A DNA stretch of 64,000 bases, taken from NCBI GenBank assembly GCA_012295275.1, contig CM022670.1, positions 16,492,001-16,556,000 on the forward strand. Reading direction: 5' to 3'. Under the pieces are notes generated by a model that saw nothing but the letters and a program-made list of their open reading frames with translations, did no database searches and was not told the origin of the DNA. This DNA comes from Chrysomallon squamiferum (Eukaryota; Animalia; Mollusca). Each line of letters opens with the position of its first letter. The stretch's first letter is position 1. Shown one piece after another: positions 53,772 through 64,000 of the stretch. The position numbers and the translations under genes were made by a program.

Positions 53772-56700
53772 ACCACTGGAACTGACAGAACAGAAAGAAG
53801 AAATAAATGAAAATGTTCCACTATTTTGTTTTGGAACAGTTGTTCACATGACAGTTTTGTTAAATAAAATTTTATGTTAATATGCCTATATGGATTAAGA
53901 AAATCGTCCTTTGAAGTGAATGTTTTTGTTCAAGGAGATCTACAATAATTTGTGTATTTTATTTGCAGACAGCTCGTACATACAATGCTGGTGGCAATGT
54001 AAAAATTATGGCTGTGGACTGTGGAATTAAATACAACCAGATTCGATGTTTGTGTCACCTTGGAGCAGAAGTATCTGTTGTTCCTTGGAATTATCCATTT
54101 AAAAGTTCAGGTAAAGCAAAATCAGTTTCCAGTTAACTGGTACTATAGCACGCAAGAAAACAAGAAAGTTCCTGAATTACCAGTTTAGTGGATTCAGATG
54201 TTTCCAAATTGTTTATTTTTAAACCACACTGGTGTTTTGCTGACTGTGGTTTAAGCAATACTGAATTAATTTTGATTCTGTTTTGTTTTTGATGTTCTTT
54301 CTATCACAGAATATGATGGACTTTTTCTCAGCAATGGACCTGGCAATCCTGAAATGTGTGCTGTGACTGTTGACAACATCAAGTCAGTAATAACTGAAGC
54401 CAAGTACAAACCTGTGTTTGGAATTTGTTTAGGTCACCAGCTTCTTAGTCTCGCTGCTGGAGCTAAGACTTTCAAGATGAAGTATGTAATTCTTTGTTAG
54501 TTTTCTTATAGGTAAAACATTTTATTTATCCAACATGTGTAAAAACAGTACCCAGTTGTTTTTGTTAATAACTGTAACAGATTTTTTTTTTTGAAAGGTA
54601 TTGGAATTAATTAATTAAAAGCAACAAGAACATTTTGAAACTTTTATTTGTATGTTAAACTACTTTAACACATTTGTATCACCATACAGCTACAAATGAT
54701 TATGAATATGAATAATAAAATCAATTTACTCAAAATGATGCAGTTTTCATGTTTAGCAAAGGATATTTGACTTGTAGCTCAAAATAAAAAAAGAATAAAA
54801 AATATGTTTTTATTCAGAATAATCTGATTTGACATTAAACATTGAATATCTTTGAAAGTTTAGTTAAATATCTAATTTGAACCGTGTAGTAAAAGCTTGT
54901 CTTTAAGTTGTGGGGAGCTGAATTTTCTTACAACTGAACTAAAATTAATTTTAACTTTGAAGCCATTTCTGTAATCAAAAATGTGAATATTTTTCAGATA
55001 TGGCAATCGAGGTCACAACCAGCCATGTATCTATGAAGACACAATTCGATGCTATATTACAACTCAGAATCATGGTTTTGCTGTCAATGCAGATACTTTG
55101 CCTTCTGACTGGCTTCCTTTGTTTACAAATGCCAACGACAAAACTAATGAAGGAATTATTCATAAAAACAAATCTTTTTTCAGGTAATTTAAGTTCTGTA
55201 GTCATCTTCTTTTGCACAAAATTAACAAACAAAAATTTAATGTGAAATTGAGATATTTTATTTTAATATAAAAAAGTATCCTTATATTAAAAATGTTAAA
55301 ACAGATTCTTTCATATCTAGCATCTCTCTGACTCTTTTCTACCATCTGTGAAAACTCTTTCATTTTAACTGTTTTGATTTAACAAGATTTCTGGAAGAGA
55401 TTACAAGTAATTAAGTGTTTTTATTTTGAAGTGTGCAGTTTCATCCAGAACACAGGGCAGGGCCTCGGGATCTTGAAGTGTTGTTTGAAGTGTTCATTGA
55501 ACAAGTGAAAGCTCACAAACAAGGAAAAACAAGGTTTTTTAATTTTAAAATTATAAATTAGTGTTACTTGTTAATTAACACTGGGCTGTACTTAGCAGTG
55601 GTCAGTAATGTCATTTCATAAATTAGAAGAAATAATATTTGTGTCAATTTTTGTACTGTAGTAAAAAAAAAAAAATCAAAGTTCACAAATTTATTATTCA
55701 TTTAAATATTTATTGGCTAAATAAATAAATAAATAAATATGTATAAGTTAATTAAATAAATATTTTTTAAAAGTTATTAAAAACAATATATTTCAGTTTT
55801 GAAAATGTAAACAAACTGCTATATTACTAGTAAATAAAGAAATTAATTTTTAAATACTTTTCTTTAAAATATATCTTTATGTCATTATAATATTTTGCTT
55901 GAAATGCCAGCCGATAATTTACGTCGTTGTTTTGTAGCCCCACTGTGAAGGAGAGACTCAATACGACATTAAGAAATCCACAGTGTTCACTGACACTTCC
56001 ACAAAACAGTCGACCTCACAAAGTCTTGATCCTTGGTTCTGGTGGCTTGTCAATTGGACAGGCTGGTGAATTCGACTACTCTGGCTCTCAGGTTTCCATC
56101 ACTTAAAACATTTGTTTATCATGAAACATTTCCACCACTTAAATTTTTGTACATCATGAAATATTTCCAACAATTATGTATTTGTATATCATGAAATATT
56201 TGAAACAGTTAAATATTTAATTTTGATTATCATGAAATATAGTAAAATCAGTTCATACAAAACATTTTCTTACTAAATAAAAGACTGTTGCTACCATTTA
56301 ATGACTCTTGGTGAACAAGTAGTTAACTCATGTATAACTAGAAATGTTATTTCTAACAGGCTATCAAAGCTCTGAAGGAAGAAAAAATTGTAACAGTGTT
56401 GATCAATCCAAATATTGCCACTGTGCAGACTTCAAAGGGTCTAGCTGATAAGGTGTACTTTCTTCCCATACGACCTGACTATGTCACTCAGGTAACCTCT
56501 CTAATATTTCATATTTATTTGTTTTAAACAGTGAGCTTCAATTCAGCAGTTCTTTATTTTTAGTATTCATTATGACTGAACAATTCTTTTAATAATACAA
56601 ATGTTATTATTTTGGGTAATAAAGATAGATAGACCTGTTAAAATTATTAAAATAAAAATAACATTGTAAAGCTACAAATCAGCTATAATTTTTGCTCCTC

Positions 56701-59700
56701 ATACATCTTTTACCACTGATGTAAGCATTTCATAATAAAGGTTTTATCACAAACATATTTAACTATAAAAAACATCAAAAAACTACAATGAAAAATATAT
56801 ATTTTTTAATTTTACATTTGTGTGATTATTGGTAAACAGTTAACAGTATGTTACTTGAAATACAGATAACGATCCTGTTACAGTGAAGATCATTTCTAAT
56901 TCCCATGTGTACACACTTCATATTACAAACTGTAATATTGTTATTTTTTTTTTTTTTTGCTTTTGCTTTTTTAAGGTGATTAAAAACGAACGTCCAGATG
57001 GCGTTCTGTTGACTTTTGGTGGTCAGACAGCTCTGAACTGTGGAATCAAACTGACTGCTACAGGAGTGTTTGAGAAGTACAAAGTGCGAGTGCTGGGAAC
57101 TCCTATATCGTCCATCGAATGGACTGAGGACAGGAAGTTGTTCAATGAGAAAATGGAGGAGATAAATGAACACGTTGCTCCCAGTGAGGCAGCTTTCAGT
57201 GTGGATCAGGTCACAGCTTTTTTTGACATACATTTATATTTAGAAAATTATTTACTGTCTTTTAAAAGTAACAGTAATTCTACTTTTACAATTTATATAT
57301 TAATTGCCATCTTCATTAAAACAAATGTATTCAAATATAACAGAAGAAAAGAAAGAATTAATAAAACAAACAGTTCAGTGAAATGTAAAGTAATTAGCTT
57401 GAATTTGTTCTCTCTTTTGAACTGTTCTGTTTATTTGATAAAAAAAACAACATCTAGTGACATGTTAAGGTTTAAAAACTGACAAATTATCATTATGATT
57501 AATTTCATACTTTGCTCTGTAGTGGTTGAATGAATTTTTCAGCCAAAAAAAAAAAAAAAAAAAAAAGTTGTTGCAATAAATTCAAATCATGAAATATTTC
57601 CATCACTTAAATATTTGTACATTCATGTATCCTATATGGCAGATGAAAAATATTTTTAAGCTAGAGAATAAATAAAAAAGAAAATGTTCAGGTTGTGCAA
57701 GCTGCAGAGAGACTAGGTTATCCTGTTATGATCAGAGCAGCATTTGCTCTGGGTGGACTGGGATCAGGGTTTGCAGACAACAGGGAAGAACTTGTAACCT
57801 TGGCTAATGCAGCGTTCGCTCACACCAGTCAGATTCTTGTGGACAAGTCTCTGAAGGGCTGGAAGGAGGTGGAGTATGAGGTTGTGCGTGACGCCTTTGA
57901 CAACTGCATTACTGTAAGTTTGAGCAGATCACATAATATACGTTACCTTTAAATGGAGGCACAGTCAGTTCATCAGTTTAATTTGGAATACTTATTTTCT
58001 CATCTGGAACAGATTTCTGTCTCTTTCATTCTTTTAATGCACAAATTATCCTGTCAAATCAGATTTAACTAAATTGGTCTTATGAATATTAAAAACAACC
58101 ACATCAGTTTACTTTGACTTACATTTTTCTCCTGATTAAAAAAATGCCATTTAACATGATTTTGCTTCCCAGCATTAATTTCAAATTGTAACTCTACAGT
58201 TGTACTGTTGTTTAGTGAAAAATTTCTATCTGTAACCAATTATAAAAGATTTACTTTTGCTGTCGCTGAAATTGTATATCATCATTGTTGTTCTGCTAAC
58301 TGAAACCTTTGATGTAATTGATTAGTTCAGACTAATTGATGAGGTTTGCATGAATAACTTTGTTTTTTATAACATGTTCATTGAAATAATTGACTTAAAA
58401 AACTTCGTCACTTGAAATGTTTAATCATTTATACAGTAACATTTGTTTTGAAAAGAAATGAAAAAAAAAAAAAAAACATCCATGTTTATTTAATGCTGAA
58501 TTGTTTCAGGTCTGCAACATGGAGAATGTGGATCCACTAGGAATCCACACAGGAGAATCAATTGTTGTGGCACCAAGTCAGACCCTGACAAATGAGGAAT
58601 ACAACATGCTGAGAACTACAGCCATCAAAGTCATTCGACATCTGGGGGTGATTGGTGAATGTAACATTCAGTATGCACTCAACCCTCTGTCTCAACAGGT
58701 GACCTGAGAAATATTAATGTTAATTAATTAATTAATTATTTTGGTAATATATTTCAGTAAACACAAATTAAAATGAAATTTTGCTAGTTTTATTTTGATG
58801 TTAAATGTCTAAGTGTTTGAATATCATTTGTTTAGGAAACTGTTCAATGAAATTCTGATGAATGCATACACATTAGACTTATAAACTTTCATTTCTAATT
58901 ATATCTCATTAACATCTGAACATTCATATATAAGATTTTGTTTTAACTGTATTGCAGGGATTAAGAAAACCTAATAAAATATTCTGTTGTGAACAGTAAT
59001 GTTTTGGGTTTTTTCAGTATTACATAATAGAAGTAAATGCCAGGTTGTCACGCAGCTCAGCCTTGGCCAGTAAAGCAACAGGGTACCCACTGGCGTATGT
59101 TGCTGCTAAGTTGGCACTGGGAATACCTCTGTCAAAACTCAAGAACTCAGTAACCAACTCTACAACAGCTTGTTTTGAACCAAGTCTGGATTACTGTGTT
59201 GTGAAGATTCCTCGATGGGACCTGGCAAAGTTCAGCAGGGTTTCCACCAAGGTTTGTATGGTTTTTTTATGGAAACAGTCAGTGAGTGTAACAGTTATCC
59301 TCCACCATTAAAACCTAATTTTACCTCATTCTGCAGTCTTCTTTAATAAAATATGTAAAAGAAATTAAATAAACTTTTAACAAACAGTTTTCATAGAAAT
59401 GGAATAAAAAGTATTGTAATTTAATTGCTGTAATTTTGGGTGTTGGCTTATGAAACCAATTATAGGTGATGTTTCAGTATGCTGGATTAAGTAAGTTGGT
59501 AAACCAGGGTTTGATGTGTTTGGATGTTAAACCAGAATGGTCCGTAACAATCTAACTTCTTCAAGTTAAAATTCTTGGTGCTGAACAAAAAATCATCTGA
59601 AAAAAAAATCTTGTCATTGATGGAAAATAGGCTTGTTATTGAAAGACATCATTTTTTTTTTATTTTATTAAAGAAAATATTTTTATTATAGATAGGAAGT

Positions 59701-62700
59701 TCTATGAAGAGTGTAGGTGAAGTGATGGCAATTGGTCGGAAGTTTGAGGAAGCTTTCCAAAAAGCACTGAGAATGATGGATGAGAATGTGAAAGGATTTG
59801 ATCCCTATCTGCAGAACTGGTCAGAGGAGGCAAGATTTTCTCTTTTCTCTATCTATGAAAACTGAAATTGTTGACAGATGTATTCACTGAACTCTTTATT
59901 TGTTTTGGTATAGTTCAGTTGTTTGGTTGGCTCATTAAAACATTTATTAATTCTCTGAGAGACTAATATATTTTTGTAATAGCTACTGTCAAAGTAATAA
60001 AAAATACACTTTATTAACAGGAACTGAAGAATCCCACAGACAAACGTATTTTTGTAATAGCTGCAGCTCTTCGTCAGAACTACACAGTTGACAAACTTTA
60101 TGAGCTGACAAAAATTGATCACTGGTTTCTATACAAGTTCCAAAATATCATCAATCACATTGTTGTCATGGAAAACTACAAGAAAAAGGTAAGCAAGTTA
60201 GGTCATGTAAATTACAATGTAATAGGATTAAAAGTTAATTTATTCTAATTATAGTTTATAAAAACCTTAATGACTGCTTGAATTAATCAAATATAAAGAT
60301 ACTGTTAGTCTTTGGTGTTGAAATGCAGTGACACAAATTCACATCCATAAATTTTGGTAAATTCATTATATATTTTCCTTGTATAGTGTACCCAATAGAA
60401 AACATTTCTGTTCTCTAATGTTTTATTTTTATTAGATAAAATAACTTGAAAATTAAAATCCCTGATTCAGAACCAGAATAAAACGTTTAATAATATTCAT
60501 TTCTCTCATCAGTTTGAAAGCAGGATTTAAATTTTTTTTTTTATAAGTGTAATTAATGTGAAATTAATAAATGTGTTTATTTAACTTTTCAGTCAAAAGA
60601 GCTTCCAAGAGACATAATTCTAACTGCAAAACAACTTGGTTTTTCTGACTTGCACATTGCTACAGTAGTAGAAAGGTGAAATTGTTATTAGAATGCAATA
60701 TCTCACGTCTCTATGAAGACTGTTAACAAACAGTACTGAGTAATTTATAAAGCTGTTTACATCGTTTATCTTACCAGGTTTTGCATTTACTAAAATAACC
60801 ATGTGACAAAATAAATTTTTTGCCTTTTTATCTCAAACATTTGCAGTATCAAATCTTTCAAACTTCTTATGTTAAATTATTTCAAACTAGGTAACAGTTT
60901 GTTACAGCATATGTCAAACTTATTTCTCTTATGTTACAGCATATGTTGAACTTGTTAATTGTATATTACAGTATATCTTGAATATGTTACAGTGATTGTT
61001 GAACTTGTTAAGTGTATGTTACAATATATGTTGAACTTGTTAATTTAGGGTTACATTATATGTTGAGCTTGTTAATCTTATGTTACAGTATATGTTGGAC
61101 TTGTTAATCTTATGTTGCAGTATATTTTGAATATGTTACAGTGTATGTTGAACTTGTTAATCTTATGTTACAGTGTATGTTGAGCTTGTTAATCTTATGT
61201 TACAGTATATCTTGAATATGTTACAGTGTATGTTGAACTTGTTAACTGTATGTTACAATATATGTTGAACTTGTTAATCTAGGGTTACATTATATTTTGA
61301 GCTTGTTAATCTTATGTTACAGTATATGTTGGACTTGTTAATCTTATGTTACAGTATATGTTGAACTTGTTAATCGTATGTTACAGTGTATGTTGAACTA
61401 GTTAATCTTACATTACACAGTTGATTATTTACTGTTTTCAGCACAGAGCTGTTTATTAGAAAGTCTCGCCGTGACCACAACATCCTTCCCTTCATCAAAC
61501 AGATTGACACTGTGGCTGCCGAGTGGCCTGCTGAGACCAACTATTTGTATCTGACGTACAACGGCAGTGAGCACGACCTGGATTTTCCTGGAGGATACAT
61601 CATGGTCCTTGGCTCTGGCGTGTATCGCATTGGCAGCAGCGTGGAATTTGATTGGTGTGCAGTCAACTGTATCAGACAACTAAGAAAGGTATGAAACTCT
61701 ATTTTTAATTTTAAAATAAAATACATTTCTTCTTTTTTACATGTATGTGTTTAATAAACTGAAATATTTTTGTTACCTTTTTAAGTAAAATAATACTTAA
61801 GAAAAATTATATTTTTTGTTTATTTTATTAATATCTTGAGTTTACCTTCCAAACTTTTTAAGTCCATTTCATTCCTGAAATAAATTTACTTGTTACTATA
61901 AAAATAATGTTAATGAACAACCTGAAATTAAAACACCAGATTTAATTGATCATTTTCTTTCAGATGGGTAAAAAGACGATCATGGTGAACTACAATCCAG
62001 AGACTGTGAGCACAGACTATGACATGTGTGATCGACTCTACTTTGATGAAATTTCATTTGAGGTAGAAATCTCAGTTCTTTTAATTACAATTTTTTATTT
62101 TTTTAGCAAACGTAATTATATCCTTCAGTAGAACATTAAAAGAGTTACAGTAGAAACACTATTAGTATTATAAATTTTTATTAACAATATCAACATATTG
62201 TGGTGTGATAAATTCATATTTTAGATAACCAAGAATCACTGTTTAATTGTAATTAATTTAGATGATATAAAAGTATTATTTATTATATTAGCCTAATTGA
62301 AATGCTTTCTTGTTTAAACAAAATTATTAAAGTTTTTGTGGAAATTTTATTTGTCACAGACTGTGATGGATATCTACTGTCTTGAGAACCCAGAGGGAAT
62401 CATTCTGTCTATGGGAGGGCAACTTCCTAACAACATAGCCATGGATCTGCACAGACAACAGGTGATACACATGTGTCTTTTGTTCTTACAGCTCAAAATT
62501 GTACTTAATTATAATTTAATAATGTTAGATGGTGTTCATAATTGATAGGCAGTGAATATCTTGAAAACCCTTCCTTGTGAATGAATGCAAATTGGGTTCT
62601 TCTGTATAGTTGTTTTCTTAAAAATGTTTTCTAAAATGGTGCTTACAGTATAAGTTCAAAAGGATAAAGCCTTGAATATAATCTAAATAATTAATTCATC

Positions 62701-63910
62701 TGCTGGTTTTTTATAAGTTAAAAAATCTGAATGTTCAAGTTCTAATGTTTTTATTTTGTGTGATATTTCACAGGCTCACATTCTTGGTACTTCAGCCGAG
62801 AGTATTGATAATGCAGAAAACAGATTTAAGTTCTCCAGAATGTTGGACAATATGTCCATCAGTCAGCCATTGTGGAAAGAACTGTCAACTTGTGAGGTAA
62901 ACTATTACAAACACTCTTATACTGAGAATCACATTGTAGTTATAGAAAGTTGCTGAATTCTATTCATTACTTGCATTTTTAATGCTTTACATTAGTCATT
63001 CTCAACCTTTATCAGCTGCAGTTCTGTTAGTAGCTCTTTTCAATGTTCCAGGGACCCTGTCTACCAAGGATACATCATGAACAGAAATATTAACCCCATA
63101 TCACTTTTTTCAGCTTATGACACACTTCAGGTATATCAAGGCCTCCATAAAGAATGGCTGTTTTAGATGAAGGCCATTTGGAGATAAAACATTTTGTTGA
63201 ATTTTATATCATTATCTACACTTGCCCTATGTTTTCTCTTTTTAATACATCACTGAAGTGGATCTACTATTTATTTTAGAGTGCTACAAACTTCTGTCTG
63301 GAAGTTGGTTTCCCCTGCCTGGTGAGGCCGTCCTATGTGTTAAGTGGAGCCGCCATGAATGTTGCGTACACTGCTCGTGACTTGGAGCTGTACTTGACCC
63401 AGGCCAGTGCAGTGTGTACAGAACATCCTGTTGTCATATCAAAGTTCATACTGGAGGCAAAGGTACTTTTTTTTATATATTCACAAATCTGATTACATTA
63501 AGGATGACATATTTATTAAAGTCTGTAGGGAAATGTGTTATCGAAGCTGGTTTTGACACATTTATACAAACATTTTTCTTTTTTTACAAATGAATAAATT
63601 AAAGTTTATGAAAATAAAGTTTTGTGGATTGTAAATATGTCTTGTTCATAGATTTAAAAACAATGAATTAAGATGTAAATAACTATTTCAGGAAATTGAT
63701 GTAGATGCTGTTGCCTGTGAAGGTGAGGTTATCTGCATGGCGGTGTCAGAACATGTTGAGAATGCAGGCGTCCATTCAGGGGACGCAACTCTAGTGACTC
63801 CACCGCAGGACTTGAATGATGAGACTTTGGCAAAAATAAAATCAATCTGTTGTGCCATTGGTCAGGCTCTAGAAGTGACAGGACCGTTTAATCTGCAGGT
63901 CCTTGCGAAG
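51941..63910 (+). CDS. CAD: CAD multifunctional protein (glutamine amidotransferase and carbamoyl-phosphate synthetase portion), exons 1-23; continues beyond the right edge
   Basis: Exons 51941-52028, 52431-52700, 53119-53177, 53518-53601, 53969-54110, 54310-54481, 54998-55183, 55432-55533, 55938-56091, 56360-56491, 56976-57209, 57692-57913, 58510-58698, 59018-59251, 59692-59829, 60021-60188, 60593-60675, 61442-61688, 61964-62063, 62360-62461, 62773-62896, 63280-63462, 63692-63910. Motifs [25 protein letters not shown] (catalytic Cys), [65 protein letters not shown]. No mitochondrial presequence, favouring CAD over CPS1/CPSIII; the DHOase/ATCase part is outside the window. Confidence 0.95.
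60898..61425. repeat. Intronic minisatellite, ~32-bp unit (tatgttacagtatatgttgaacttgttaatct)
   Basis: About 16 degenerate tandem units, interspersed with ~20-bp truncated units, in CAD intron 17. Confidence 0.9.
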
Positions 63911-64000
63911 GTGAGTGACCAGAGACTTATTCTGTATTTGAATTTGTAATTTCACAAAATAAATCTAAAAAAAATTCTTTTTACTTCAGTATAATTTCTG

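Noticed and set aside
60898-61425. CRISPR-like array
   Set aside because: Contiguous degenerate tandem units without unique spacers, in a eukaryotic intron, with no cas genes.
51941-63910. Mitochondrial CPS1/CPSIII instead of CAD
   Set aside because: No presequence before [12 protein letters not shown] and CAD-type motifs throughout; final proof (DHOase/ATCase exons) lies outside the window.

Overview
AT-rich, intron-rich, microsatellite-rich animal genomic DNA (invertebrate; mollusc-like by my impression only). Left to right: (1) the first five coding exons of a CDC14 phosphatase gene (minus strand, runs off the left edge); (2) a single-coding-exon membrane glycosyltransferase with two tandem DxD (GT32-like) modules; (3) an ~11-12 kb inverted segmental duplication (~16.3-27.65 kb vs ~36.55-48.65 kb). 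Each arm carries an intact 10-exon ornithine-decarboxylase (ODC)-family gene, and the two genes converge; (4) a ~9 kb spacer with a CARD-like/coiled-coil gene and an intron-retaining CDC14 pseudogene fragment missed by the ORF track; (5) Tc1, Tigger/pogo and MITE remnants; (6) the first 23 coding exons of CAD (runs off the right edge). Main finding: both ODC-like paralogs keep the PLP/catalytic residues (K69, H197, GGG, E274, R277, C360, Y389; human ODC numbering) but have lost both acidic ornithine-binding residues (D332->F, D361 deleted: WGPTC-GID), and many of their differences from each other fall in active-site loops. This points to a duplicated, neofunctionalised fold-type III decarboxylase of unknown substrate. 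All exon structures and alignments were done by eye against remembered reference sequences; no database search was run.
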